From positions 1 to 64,000 of IMG/VR virus record IMGVR_UViG_3300020419_001305: 64,000 bases of DNA; one strand, 5' to 3'. Numbering within the stretch: position 1 is the first letter of the stretch; every line of letters begins with the position of its first letter. The stretch is from a virus. Below are positions 47,501 through 57,064 of this stretch, in pieces. The position numbers and the translations under genes are program-made. The notes under the pieces are model-generated. The model was given only the letters and a program-made list of their open reading frames with translations, was not told where the DNA came from and searched no databases.

Positions 47501-49396
47501 AACTATCCAAGTATTATTTACGGTGAGCCTGTTAATGCGGCTACCCAAGCAAATGAGGTTGTTGAAAGAGGAAAAGGAAGAGTATTCTTTGCCTCAACTG
47601 ACCAAGACGGATTCTTTAGAATTGGTAAGTTCTTTAGTGTAGACCAAGGAACAGGTACAGTTACATTCGCGGCAAGCATAGCAATCAGTAACTTAGACGG
47701 ACTAGGATTTAAACAAGGTGTAAGAATTACAGAATTCAGTAATGACGACACTATGTCAGATGCTGATCCAGCGGCAGTTCCAACTGAATTTGCAACTGAA
47801 TCGTTTACTACAAGAAGGTTACACTTTGACCGCGGCGGCATACTACAAACAGTAGGAACCATAGGTCCAGGTGTTGTTGCTAGAGATGGTACAACGCCAT
47901 TGACAGGAAATTTAAGTGCTGGTAGCTTTAAAATATTTAACCATGCTGATCCAACTAACCAACAAGATGTAACAACTAAATCTTATGTAGATGCTAGAAC
48001 ACCTTTTGGTAGTGAAGCAATAGGAGTTAATATTGCTAACAGAGCAACAAACGATTTCTTAGTTTGGAATGGATCCAGTTATGATAACGCTAGTCCGGCA
48101 GGTGATATTGGTATAAGCGTTGTTGGTAACATTGCTACGTTTTCAATTACCGCAGATAGTATTGTTAACGCAGACGTTAACACTAATGCCGCAATAGCTC
48201 AAAGCAAGTTGGCAATGAATGCCGCAAGTACAAGGGCTAACGCAACAGGTATTACACAAGCCGACTTAGGATTAGCAAGTTTTGATTCAGGTGACTTTAC
48301 TGTTACTAACGGATTTGTTACATTAAAAGAAGGTAGTGTTGATTACTCAGACTTACCTGATATGGCAACTAAAACAGTTTTAGCTAACATCACAGGTGGA
48401 ACAGCAGATACGGTTGCAGTTACAATTGACGACTTAGTTGATAACTACAGTAAATTTACAACCACTGGTGTTGCTTCTAGAATTGTTAAGACTGGAACAG
48501 ATGGTAGTATTGACACACAAAAATTAAAATTAGATAACTATGAAGTTTTAGATCAAACTAACTTAACAATGACACTTAAGACACCTGGTGGTGCTAAAGT
48601 GTTTGATACTGTTGGATCTGTACCAAGTAATACTACAACAACATATCCTGGTTCAATACAAATTGGTGGAACAGATACAACACCATCTTTCTTCCAAAAG
48701 AATAGTAGTTATGGAGATCCAAGTGATGCTACTCTTAATGAACCAAGACTAGCAAGTGATTGGGTGTATACTTCGTTTATTGAAGCACCTGGAGAAAAAG
48801 GAGCTTCGTCAACTGGTATTGCTGTTGGAGCTGGTACAGGATTTACAGCGGCAGGTGAGATAGCAATTATAGCAAACAATAACGTAGCGGCTATCAAGTT
48901 TACACAAACAGCGGCAAGTCCTTCAAGTAATAACGGTTATGCTTTAGGAACATCAGCTTTAAGATACTCAACTGTATATGCCACAGCATTAGATGGGTTG
49001 GCTACATCAGCAAAATATGCTGACTTGGCAGAGAATTATCTAGCAGATGCGGAATACGAAGTAGGAACTGTTTTGATCTTTGGTGGTGAACAGGAACTTA
49101 CAACGACAGATATGAAAGGTGATACCAAAGTAGCAGGAGTTGTTTCGGAAAATCCAGCACACTTGATGAACAGTCAACTAGAAGGCGATCATGTAACACC
49201 GTTAGCATTACAAGGTAGAACTCCTTGTAAGGTAATTGGACAAGTTAAAAAAGGTGACATGATAGTTACAAGTGCTATAGCAGGGTATGGTATGGTAAAC
49301 AACGTACCAGGTATAGGAACAATAATTGGTAAAGCAGTGGGCACAAAAGATGATGACGGACACGGCATTGTTGAAGTTGTGATAGGGAGAGTATAA
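41513..49396 (+). CDS. giant virion structural protein (baseplate wedge/tail fibre-like, 2627 aa)
   Basis: N-terminal NDGTGD..R.AF.K.N.NF.ELY (T4 gp9/gp10-like), beta-helix-like region, internal repeats, C-terminal YADLAE domain. Confidence 0.85.
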   Translation: MARQDIYLGVEGNDGTGDSIREAFKKANENFTELYAVFGQGGTISFTALSDSPSAITPNGVLIGNTTGTELIAKTLTGGTGISIDNTSLTNITITNTGANINADTSPILGGPLSGNAVYPIGKINTSAAAIAEFNSTHASQITIDDIVTDKKYQDKNYAPHTITQSNKSVYARTEPTDDNEYTQTITEYSSGNVVISGHGFDNSFNGTQWKYSTTNTAPNGLTNNTNYFIRFVSENQISLHTSKAEAQNDNDLTRVKVNIGLGTTTAVTGTDVIKDQSYNESLYGNYRVDEVMPRNASVRRQGDELAGSLYLADHPGYLAGTTGPIEDRQAATKLYVDNSSYASTEDLFVTKQGDDTQANTPVGFEGRGLSYAYGSLKAAALKAQEIMESAPIEPGAYRQTITYNAGDNISLVTLAETKTTNALAKSAIKYLQGSKKFVQKSVVDYVKDNFPQHSFFDTNVINKNTESLLFKNKKFIQEEVTAWINYQINTGATVSYSDGTANFTGFKYSSAKCKRDVGYIVDAWENDLARGGNIETRRIASSYLAGAVNAVNKNTSNAGNTVNQIAQTNAALEFARDLVKDYILTGTAYPTKQGYFQVNASNLTANAFRFYIGTSSYANVYVNGGVVTKSDGTALNVSNFTYDYTTGFADVTTTTTHGLSAGNTVQLTGVNVNCTYDGATTEKIYPELNSQANCYKFVVQNADFLGNSPTTNGFQIYVGPSKYAHTYISGGTAKGNLTEFSPTGATYNPTTGDMVITIGSHSLTTSNTIEIEPNSFTFTCAKDNNATLHSYPRKESVTSSPSSDPAYNTALAITAVGGTTITVNVGISSDTSAHTFVGARRNAVKYYTANTSISGFNYSNTNGYATVTTSSAHGLVAGNKVELADIYLSCTAPTTSNTYYPQPIYGDYGTGNSDIPTRATALTELIVDVIANGLGKVPAPVQPQKSNNTCERDLGLIIDGMIIDIRNGTNSNFNALQAAKRYFSTPSGAKARISQKAETLAALTKAKSYVRSVVSNTDLKRQSRLFSVESANLTTTQFQIAVGTSNTVHTYVRGGTVTFGNTVFTINNFSYNNVTGKGLITTTTAHGLTTGNVVQIDDVVFECNTGIKEYPGEFSTDIPQYLDSTLTTVSDTIKNALDNQFDIIIDILTNGFTAVDTYTVVEGSTYKIQFSNGGSNYYTDQGINSNVDILPGKIIVGKTTGARGRIVKYTSGVDLGNVAYDEVEVVLVEPKEFRIGEELEYGNGTKEKQICIHVESGIYYEDYPIKVPDNVSIKGTDFRRCQIRPAPRISQSPWAKTYFYRDKLLDNLQITDFTGADIATAQDITLTGINEAGGIITVSPADNIAPIAWDGAWFYTDNGAVGLISNADGGSDFNVTLTVDILPNLGTISAGAWHVKKTVNYGYHYLTDPGDATSVAKRNDQMDVFLMNDATRLANMSFQGHGGFAQVLDPAGQVLIKSPYTQVCGSFSGSANKQAFRGGMFIDGFSGNLETVITSKDDNYTLNVQSAAGTGLRVRRPQTPAPFFINGVRYQVDAISEYDGGAGTAKLLINKLSNGGSGYSDAIPGGGTNIFIQTAGNRSMLANDYTQVNDLGYGLFVNNAGLSEQVSTFTYYNHIAFFSNNGSEIRALNCSNANGNFGLVAAGSDPNETVDAITSIRTMQQPAKVYNDASNTYGFGAISHAAGVNTIHLYDCDYHPYPNSLIDVYERDGSGNITALNTYEVTAVSVLSVPTSNSGGYSGATGPTGRKGANLPIYRLNISGDTGLASAITGNHNPSLASDASSYVIMRMNKNHLFSGVSGVTSIRPSTALIFDENPGRVYRTISFNNQDSDNSALAADRFQIVFDSGFSHLNLTVNQTEAVNNTYAGSGTTMGATVGDVVIAIEKLTATGIARINNNDMIMAWGGKLHQVTNYTDRTTFATVQLGDVAASNINSDSGLFSGAGIAKKVYSAGGTTAITLTLSLAGNEAANITVGISTLRANGHDFDKIGTGGFNTTNYPSIIYGEPVNAATQANEVVERGKGRVFFASTDQDGFFRIGKFFSVDQGTGTVTFAASIAISNLDGLGFKQGVRITEFSNDDTMSDADPAAVPTEFATESFTTRRLHFDRGGILQTVGTIGPGVVARDGTTPLTGNLSAGSFKIFNHADPTNQQDVTTKSYVDARTPFGSEAIGVNIANRATNDFLVWNGSSYDNASPAGDIGISVVGNIATFSITADSIVNADVNTNAAIAQSKLAMNAASTRANATGITQADLGLASFDSGDFTVTNGFVTLKEGSVDYSDLPDMATKTVLANITGGTADTVAVTIDDLVDNYSKFTTTGVASRIVKTGTDGSIDTQKLKLDNYEVLDQTNLTMTLKTPGGAKVFDTVGSVPSNTTTTYPGSIQIGGTDTTPSFFQKNSSYGDPSDATLNEPRLASDWVYTSFIEAPGEKGASSTGIAVGAGTGFTAAGEIAIIANNNVAAIKFTQTAASPSSNNGYALGTSALRYSTVYATALDGLATSAKYADLAENYLADAEYEVGTVLIFGGEQELTTTDMKGDTKVAGVVSENPAHLMNSQLEGDHVTPLALQGRTPCKVIGQVKKGDMIVTSAIAGYGMVNNVPGIGTIIGKAVGTKDDDGHGIVEVVIGRV

Positions 49397-49677
49397 TGGC
49401 TATTCTAACTATAAACATAGGAACAAGTGCAAACAAAGGCGATGGTGATCCGTTAAGAGTAGCATTTGATAAAATTAACAAAAACTTTGCGGAACTTGAT
49501 GTTAGTAATACTAAAAGAGACGTTGTTGGTTCAGTGTTCGCAGACGATTCTACATTATTAGTAGATGCTGTAAATGGAGTAATACCAGGGTACGTTAGTT
49601 TAACAACACTAAAATCAACAGTAGCGGCAAGCACCGACTTCGCAGATTTTAAAAACCGAATAGCGGCGCTGAGTTAG
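49396..49677 (+). CDS. small baseplate-associated protein
   Basis: gp9/10-like INIG..AN.G.GDPLR.AF.KIN.NF.EL. Confidence 0.7.
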   Translation: MAILTINIGTSANKGDGDPLRVAFDKINKNFAELDVSNTKRDVVGSVFADDSTLLVDAVNGVIPGYVSLTTLKSTVAASTDFADFKNRIAALS

Positions 49678-49692
49678 AGAGGATGATTAAAC

Positions 49693-51732
49693 ATGGCAAA
49701 TAGATTTCCAATTATAGTTGATAGAGATGATCAAAACAAGCTAAAAGAATTACCGGCAGGTGATAATCTCGATCTTACAGGATCAGGTATAGTTGGTGCT
49801 GGAAGCATTGCGGCAACAGGACTAACAATAGGTGGTGTCAGTTATAATCCTTTCAGTGGTAGCTACACAGATCTAACAAATAAACCAACAGTAGCCGCGA
49901 ACACAGGCGAATTACCAGAAGGTACTAATTTATACTTTACCAATGAGCGAGTAGACGATAGGGTTGCGGCAGTACTAAGAGAAGGTACTGGAATAGATAT
50001 CGTGTATGACGATCTTGCTGGAACTATTACAATTACAAATACAGGAACAAGCAGTGGAGGTAGTGGAGGACTTGCTCCAGCGACAAACTTTGACGGATTA
50101 GCAAATAATCAAATTATTAAATATTCAACTACAGGCAATACCGATGGTGGAGCGGCATGGGTAAACGGAAGCATTAACTACAGTGAGATAATCGGAACAC
50201 CTAGTCTTGCTACTGTGGCTACCACTGGTAGTTATACTAATCTTACAAATAAACCTACTTTGGTAGATGACATAAGTGATTTACTAGATGTAGATACTAT
50301 TTCAAATCCTCCTTCTACAGGACAGGTACTTAAATGGGACGGTGCTAAATGGGCACCCGCAGATGATATTACAACAGGAGGCTCGGGACTCAACGCAGAT
50401 ACACTTGATGGATTCGATGGATCATACTATTTAAATTACGCAAACTTAACAAACAAACCAACTTTATTTGACAGTCAGTTTAGTTCGTTGACAGGAACTC
50501 CTACAACTTTATCAGGTTATGGAATTACAGATGCCATTAGTTCTAATCAAAGCTATACACAAAACGGATCTATTACTATTAATGATGACAATGGATTACA
50601 AATCGGCGGCAGTTCTATTAGTAAAGTTTCATTAGGTATAACAGGCGGTAATGTTGTTTTACAAAATTTAGTTAATGAACAAGACTTTGAAATAAAAGTC
50701 AAACCTATTGCTGGTGTAATCACAGCATTAAAAGTTGATACAGGTTCTGGTAGAGTAGGTATATACAAAACAACACCAACAAGAACACTAGACGTTGGAG
50801 GCGACGTTGGTGCTACAAACTTCTTTGGTGGCGGATCAAACTTAACAGATATTACTCTTACACAGGTTACTACAGCTGGATCAGAAACAACCAACAGCGT
50901 AAGTTTTGGAAATGTAAATCCATCGGCTGATAGCACATACAGTTTAGGATCTAACACTATTAGATGGGCAAACACTTATACGGATAACTTGTCCATTGAC
51001 GGAGGTTCAACATTCGCAGATGGAGCATTAAGTATTAAAACAGGCACAGGTAGTGTAGCTAGAATTGATTTATATTGTGAAACAAACAATGTACACTACG
51101 TTAGAATAGAACCACCAGCACATGCTAACTATAGCGGAAACGTAACATTGACATTGCCTAACGCTTCAGGTACTATTGCTCGTACAGCAGATATCCCAAC
51201 TGTTCCTTCTACTATAAGTTCGTTTACTAATGACTCAGGTTATCTTACAGGAATAACAGGCCAGGCTATTAATAATTTGGCTGATGTAAACATCTCAGCT
51301 TTGGCAAACGGCGAAATTTTAAAATGGAATAGTAGTACTAATTATTGGGAAAACGGCACAGGCGGCGGTCAGGTTGGAAACTTTACACTATCTAATAGTG
51401 TAATTGACACAGACGATAGTTCACAGATTGTAATGACTCCAAGTGTTAGAATGAGCAGTGACCTTACTGTTGATGGAAATTTAACAGCACAAAAATTTAC
51501 AGCTGATACATTTGAAAGTTCTGGTGTAGGTACACCACAAATAGATAGTGCTAGTTCTATTGAACTTATAGCACAGGATCAAGTTAAGATTACAAGCAGT
51601 CCTTTACGTCTAGCAAGTTTTACAAGCACACAAAGAGATGCATTAACAGCCGGCAACGGAGATACTATTTACAATACAACAACTAACAAGTTCCAAGGAT
51701 ATGCAAACGGTGCTTGGGTTGATTTACATTAA
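49693..51732 (+). CDS. tail fibre-like protein
   Basis: GSY.DLTNKP repeats, LPEGTNLYFT, GQVLKWDG, NADTLDG. Confidence 0.8.
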   Translation: MANRFPIIVDRDDQNKLKELPAGDNLDLTGSGIVGAGSIAATGLTIGGVSYNPFSGSYTDLTNKPTVAANTGELPEGTNLYFTNERVDDRVAAVLREGTGIDIVYDDLAGTITITNTGTSSGGSGGLAPATNFDGLANNQIIKYSTTGNTDGGAAWVNGSINYSEIIGTPSLATVATTGSYTNLTNKPTLVDDISDLLDVDTISNPPSTGQVLKWDGAKWAPADDITTGGSGLNADTLDGFDGSYYLNYANLTNKPTLFDSQFSSLTGTPTTLSGYGITDAISSNQSYTQNGSITINDDNGLQIGGSSISKVSLGITGGNVVLQNLVNEQDFEIKVKPIAGVITALKVDTGSGRVGIYKTTPTRTLDVGGDVGATNFFGGGSNLTDITLTQVTTAGSETTNSVSFGNVNPSADSTYSLGSNTIRWANTYTDNLSIDGGSTFADGALSIKTGTGSVARIDLYCETNNVHYVRIEPPAHANYSGNVTLTLPNASGTIARTADIPTVPSTISSFTNDSGYLTGITGQAINNLADVNISALANGEILKWNSSTNYWENGTGGGQVGNFTLSNSVIDTDDSSQIVMTPSVRMSSDLTVDGNLTAQKFTADTFESSGVGTPQIDSASSIELIAQDQVKITSSPLRLASFTSTQRDALTAGNGDTIYNTTTNKFQGYANGAWVDLH

Positions 51733-51741
51733 GGAGCAGAC

Positions 51742-53346
51742 ATGAGTGAAAAAGAATATGTTGTTACCTTAAACAAAGGTGTTGACTATAGTGAATTTAA
51801 TCAAGAAATGATTGCTTCGACTGGAGCAGGAGATATTCCGAATAGAACTGTAGACGTTGCTGACCCTAGAGCTTTATCAACAAGAAACACGCACTATGCT
51901 CTTACAGATGCTGAAGCAGTCGCTTTACGCAGTGATAGTAGAGTTACTGATGTACAGCTACGTCCTGAAGATAGAGATGATATTGAAATTGGATATGATG
52001 CTGTTCAAACAGCTAATTTTAATAAGTCATCTTCTGATTCGGGCGATTACAGAGACTGGGGTAAAATAAGACATAGCTTTGTAGAAAACAAATATGGAAC
52101 ATCAACTTCTTTAAGTTCTAATCCATTTGATAGACCTTATTCAATGGACGGCACTGGTGTTGATATTGTTATACAAGATAGCGGTCTCCAAGTAGACCAT
52201 CCTGAATTTAATGATGCCAGCGGAGTATCAAGAGTACAGCTAATTGATTGGTATTCAGAATCAGGAATATCTGGTTCACAAAGTGTTAACCATTACAGAG
52301 ACTATGATGGACATGGTACACATTGTGGAGGAACAGCAACTGGATTAAACTTTGGTTGGGCTAATAATTCAAAAGTATATAGTGTAAAAGTAAGTGGTTT
52401 AGAAGGTAGTGGAGATAGTGGCGGTATTAGTACAAGTTTATGCTTTGATGTAATCAAAGGTTGGCATCAAAATAAACCAGTAGATCCAAAGACAGGATAT
52501 AAAAGACCTACTATAGTAAATGCTAGTTGGGGTTACAGCGGAAATATAGGACAAAGTTTTTCTAACATAGAAAGCTACGTCTATAGAGGAGTCACTTATA
52601 ATTCAAGCACAGCTGGTTGGGATAGCACATCAACAGCATATCATAGAGACACATATGGATTTTATCCTTATTATAGATTTCCAGCTTACAGATATCCATT
52701 AAGGATTGCTTCTGTTGATGCTGATGTACAAGATTGTATAGATGCTGGCGTACATATTTGTATAGCCGCAGGTAATAATAGTTTCAAAGCAGATACTTCT
52801 GTAGGACCAGGAGTGGATTACAATAATGTAATTTTTTGGAGTGGTGGTTCAAACAACTTCTATCATAGAGGTAGTTCTCCTTTTGATGAAGGAGCCAATA
52901 TGGTAGGTTGTACAGATAGCACTCCTGAAAACGCAACAACAGAAAGAAAGACCAGTTTCAGTACAACAGGACCAGGAGTAAGTATTTTTGCCGCTGGTGA
53001 AAATATAATGAGCTGTTTCAGTACAACAAATAGATATACTGATGGTGCGTACTTTGGGAATAGTAGTTTTAGAGTAGGAAACATAAGCGGAACATCAATG
53101 GCATCACCACAGGTATGCGGAGTGGGTGCTTTATATTTACAAGCTGATCCTAGCTTAACTCCAGCTCAATTAAAAAGTAAATTAGAAAATGATGCCTTGG
53201 CAGTCTTGAAAGACGAATCAAATAACGCTAACTACGGTGACACAACAGATATATGTGGTGCTGAAAACAGAATGTTATTTAATAGATACAATAGAGCTAA
53301 TCCTTATACCAGTAACATATACGGTATGAGAAAAAAGAATAGGTAA
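51742..53346 (+). CDS. subtilisin-like serine protease (S8) with prodomain
   Basis: catalytic triad VIQDSG, HGTHCGG, GTSMASP; AAGN oxyanion. Confidence 0.93.
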   Translation: MSEKEYVVTLNKGVDYSEFNQEMIASTGAGDIPNRTVDVADPRALSTRNTHYALTDAEAVALRSDSRVTDVQLRPEDRDDIEIGYDAVQTANFNKSSSDSGDYRDWGKIRHSFVENKYGTSTSLSSNPFDRPYSMDGTGVDIVIQDSGLQVDHPEFNDASGVSRVQLIDWYSESGISGSQSVNHYRDYDGHGTHCGGTATGLNFGWANNSKVYSVKVSGLEGSGDSGGISTSLCFDVIKGWHQNKPVDPKTGYKRPTIVNASWGYSGNIGQSFSNIESYVYRGVTYNSSTAGWDSTSTAYHRDTYGFYPYYRFPAYRYPLRIASVDADVQDCIDAGVHICIAAGNNSFKADTSVGPGVDYNNVIFWSGGSNNFYHRGSSPFDEGANMVGCTDSTPENATTERKTSFSTTGPGVSIFAAGENIMSCFSTTNRYTDGAYFGNSSFRVGNISGTSMASPQVCGVGALYLQADPSLTPAQLKSKLENDALAVLKDESNNANYGDTTDICGAENRMLFNRYNRANPYTSNIYGMRKKNR

Positions 53347-53364
53347 ATACAGTAGGAAACAGAT

Positions 53365-54063
53365 ATGGCAATACAAACAGTAAACATAGGAACAATAGCA
53401 AACGACGGCACAGGTGATGACCTACGTGAAGCGTTTGTAAAAGTTAACAACAACTTCACAGAACTAGATGCTAGAGATCCTGAAAAAACTACAGGTGCTA
53501 ATCTTGGCTCAGCAGGTGAAGGAGTATTTGCTCAAGTCAATGCCGCAGAGATGCAATTTAAAAAATTAGTTGCTGGTACTGCCGTAAGTTTAGCAAGTGA
53601 TAATAACACTATTACAATAAATTCTACAGCAACTGGATTACCTCAATTACAAGTGTTTGCTGACAATACTAATGCTACTTTTGATGCTAACAATACAGCA
53701 TTAACAATAGCAGGTGGAAATTTAGTAACAACTAATTTAGTTGGAAGTACAATTACTATTACATCTGAAACTTCATTATTTACAGATACAACACCTAAAC
53801 TAGCCGCAAACTTAGACGGACAACAAAAAGAGATTATTAATACAAGCGATATTAAAAGTAAGATATACGGAGTAGATATTAGAGATATAAAAGATGTTGC
53901 TCCTTACTTGACATTTGATCAAGGACTTGTTTTTCCAACATCTTTTTCTAGTTCACTAGATTACCTAGTAGACGCTTTAAGTATTGATTTTGATAACGGA
54001 TCATCTACATTTACAGCTTCTGCTTTACCTACCGCAGATATGGGTACACTTCCTACAGCATAA
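53365..54063 (+). CDS. baseplate-associated protein
   Basis: gp9/10-like N-terminus NDGTGDDLREAF.KVN.NF. Confidence 0.75.
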   Translation: MAIQTVNIGTIANDGTGDDLREAFVKVNNNFTELDARDPEKTTGANLGSAGEGVFAQVNAAEMQFKKLVAGTAVSLASDNNTITINSTATGLPQLQVFADNTNATFDANNTALTIAGGNLVTTNLVGSTITITSETSLFTDTTPKLAANLDGQQKEIINTSDIKSKIYGVDIRDIKDVAPYLTFDQGLVFPTSFSSSLDYLVDALSIDFDNGSSTFTASALPTADMGTLPTA

Positions 54064-54083
54064 ATATAGTATAGGAGTACAAA

Positions 54084-57041
54084 ATGTCTGAACTATGGAC
54101 TGTAAACACAGGGCACAACCTCGGAACATACAATGAAAGCGTAACGCAAACTATCGCATTACCTGTGAATGCTGTGGACAGCATTACACTTATAACAGGA
54201 TCTCTTCCAGGAGGTTTACGTTTAGCAAATAATAATAGTTTGATAGGTACTCCCTATGAAGTCAAATCTTTAAAAGAATTTCAATTTGTCTTAAGAGCTA
54301 GAAAAGGCAATACAATAGATGATAGAACATTTAAAATTACAATAGATGGAGCCGATGCTCCGTCCTGGGTAACAACACAAGGTTCATTGCCGTTAGGTCC
54401 TAATCAAAAATTTTATATATTGGACAGTAGTCCTGTAGACTTTCAATTACAAGTAATTGATCCTGATATTCCAGCAGGAGATAACTTAGAATATTTTATA
54501 GCAGACGGTGAGGGAGAATTACCACCTGGAATAGAACTAGGTAGAACTACTGGAAAACTTACAGGAATAGTTGAACCGTTGTTAGCTTTAGAAAAGAGAG
54601 CGGCATCGGGGTTTTACGATTCTAATACGTTCGGCGAATTTCCTTTTGATTTTGGTGTTCAGAGTTTTAATGGTTATAGTAGTTTTTATTATGATACAAA
54701 CTTTTATGATTTTGCTATTCCAACACAAAGTCCAAGAAAATTAAATAGATTTTACGATTTTACTGTATCAGTAAGTGACGGCATAGTCATAGCAAAAAGA
54801 AGCTTTCAAATCTATTTGGTAGGTGACGATTTCCTCAGAACTGATAACACATTAATGCAGTTAGGAACAGGATTATTCTCAGCAGATAACACTTTTCTTA
54901 GAGCACCTGTTTGGTTAACTCCAAGTGATTTAGGTTACAGACGTGCTAACAATTATGTAACATTATTTTTAGATGTTTACGATCCAACAAGTAATCAAGG
55001 TATTATTAGTTTTACAGTTAAAAAAGCAAATCCAGATGGAACAGCAAGTGCGTTACCTCCAGGTTTAAGTATAGATTCAACAACAGGTGAAATAGGAGGA
55101 TTAGTTCCTTATCAACCTGCTGTTACAAAAGAATATAAATTTACTATAGAAGCCTTAAGACAGTTAGGTTCCGCGGCAAGTACATCTTTCCAATCATTTT
55201 TTAATAACATCGGAGTTGGACAAACTTGGTCAGGAGAGCAAAATGTTCCTTTCTTTAATTTTGCTGAGCAAAACTTTATTGGACAAAATAATGAAACTGG
55301 TTGGATAGTTTTTAATAGTGTTCCTGTAACTACAGCAGATGCTAGTGATAATTCAAAATATACATTACAAGGAATAATTGATCAATCTGTATGGGTGGTT
55401 AAAAATGGTAGAGTAGTTGGTACAGCAACAGATAAAACTTTGACAAGAGTAGAGCAAGGTGATAGTGATTTAATTAGATCAAGTTTTAAAGGAAGTATTA
55501 CTGATGTTGGTTTTAGAACATTTGATTCTAGTGGGCAAGTAACTGCCAATAAAGTTGTTACAATGTCCTTTTATGATTATGATGAAAGAATTACATCAGA
55601 AACTAATCAAGTTATAGCAAAAGATAAAACGTTTACTGTAAAACTTCTAGGAGAAGTTGAAAGTGTTATAACTTGGAATACATTAAGTGATCTAGGAAAC
55701 CTAAGAGCAAATTTTATTTCAACGTTATCAGTTAATGCTACAAGCACAGTTCCTAATGCTGTATTAGTGTATTCACTAGACAGTGGAAAGTTGCCTCCAG
55801 GAATTACTTTAGCTATAGACGGACAGCTACAAGGTAAGATAAGACAGTTTGGAGAAACAGGTAAGCCTGGACTTACCACATTAGATAAGTCAACAGGTGT
55901 GTTTACTTTAGATGGTGGCACAACAACTTTAGATAGAAAATATACATTCACAGTAAAAGCTCAAGATCAATTTGGATTCAGTGCTACTACTAGAACGTTT
56001 ACTTTGTCTACTACTGATCCAAACGATTTACTTTATAGTAATATTAGTATGGTGCCATTAATGAAAAATAAAGATAGGTTAAGTTTTAGAAACTTTATAT
56101 CAGATCCTAATATCTTTCCGCCTCAAGCAGTATACAGACCAAATGATCCTGCGTTCGGATTACAAGATCAAATTAAGGCATTAGCCTATGCTGGAATTGA
56201 AACAAAAACAGTAGGAGAATTTGTTGGAGCAGTAGCAAAAAACCATTTAAGTAAAAAATACAAATTTGGTTCAGTCAAAAAAGCTATAGCAAAAGCAACA
56301 GGAACCAACACAACTGTATATGAAGTAATTTATGTAGAACTTGTTGATCCATCTGAACCTACTACAGGAGAAACTAACCAACAATTTATTACTACCACTA
56401 GTAAGAAAGTTACAGTTGACAGTATACAATTTGAAGTTAACGATGATAATACTGGTGTAGGTACTGGACAAGGATTCTTTGATATAGGGTTACGTGGAGG
56501 AGATGGAAAGTCTCCAGCGTCAACAGGAACAATTACTATCTTTACCAGAACAGCGCCGTTGTTATTCAATCCAGGTAATCAAATCACTGTAACAGATCAA
56601 AATGGAAGTGTTATAGTAGTGGCAAACATTGACGATAGTATAAACAGTGATCCTTTAAGATTAAGACCGGTAACGAACACAATCAAAATAGACAGTGATG
56701 CTGTTAAGATAAGCGATAGTGCTGATCAAAGAAAGTATATTAGTAATATAACAAATATGAGAAAACGCATAAGAGCATTAGGAAATAACTTGCGTGAATT
56801 TTATCCGTTATGGATGCGTACATCTCAAACTACAGGACAAGGTGAATTGGGTTTTGTGTTAGCAGTACCTTTAGTTTACTGTAAACCAGGACAAGCAGAT
56901 GCTGTCTTATTGAATATTACAAATAGTACTTTTGATTTCAAAACTTTAAATATAGAGATTGATAGATATAATATCGATTCAACTAAAAATAACAGTAATG
57001 AACAATATATCAAATTCGCTGATTTCCAGTTCAACGTATAA
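54084..57041 (+). CDS. structural protein with putative Ig (He_PIG-like) repeats
   Basis: repeated G.LP.GL.....G.I.G motifs. Confidence 0.8.
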   Translation: MSELWTVNTGHNLGTYNESVTQTIALPVNAVDSITLITGSLPGGLRLANNNSLIGTPYEVKSLKEFQFVLRARKGNTIDDRTFKITIDGADAPSWVTTQGSLPLGPNQKFYILDSSPVDFQLQVIDPDIPAGDNLEYFIADGEGELPPGIELGRTTGKLTGIVEPLLALEKRAASGFYDSNTFGEFPFDFGVQSFNGYSSFYYDTNFYDFAIPTQSPRKLNRFYDFTVSVSDGIVIAKRSFQIYLVGDDFLRTDNTLMQLGTGLFSADNTFLRAPVWLTPSDLGYRRANNYVTLFLDVYDPTSNQGIISFTVKKANPDGTASALPPGLSIDSTTGEIGGLVPYQPAVTKEYKFTIEALRQLGSAASTSFQSFFNNIGVGQTWSGEQNVPFFNFAEQNFIGQNNETGWIVFNSVPVTTADASDNSKYTLQGIIDQSVWVVKNGRVVGTATDKTLTRVEQGDSDLIRSSFKGSITDVGFRTFDSSGQVTANKVVTMSFYDYDERITSETNQVIAKDKTFTVKLLGEVESVITWNTLSDLGNLRANFISTLSVNATSTVPNAVLVYSLDSGKLPPGITLAIDGQLQGKIRQFGETGKPGLTTLDKSTGVFTLDGGTTTLDRKYTFTVKAQDQFGFSATTRTFTLSTTDPNDLLYSNISMVPLMKNKDRLSFRNFISDPNIFPPQAVYRPNDPAFGLQDQIKALAYAGIETKTVGEFVGAVAKNHLSKKYKFGSVKKAIAKATGTNTTVYEVIYVELVDPSEPTTGETNQQFITTTSKKVTVDSIQFEVNDDNTGVGTGQGFFDIGLRGGDGKSPASTGTITIFTRTAPLLFNPGNQITVTDQNGSVIVVANIDDSINSDPLRLRPVTNTIKIDSDAVKISDSADQRKYISNITNMRKRIRALGNNLREFYPLWMRTSQTTGQGELGFVLAVPLVYCKPGQADAVLLNITNSTFDFKTLNIEIDRYNIDSTKNNSNEQYIKFADFQFNV

Positions 57042-57064
57042 TAAATATTTTGTTGGAGTAACAA

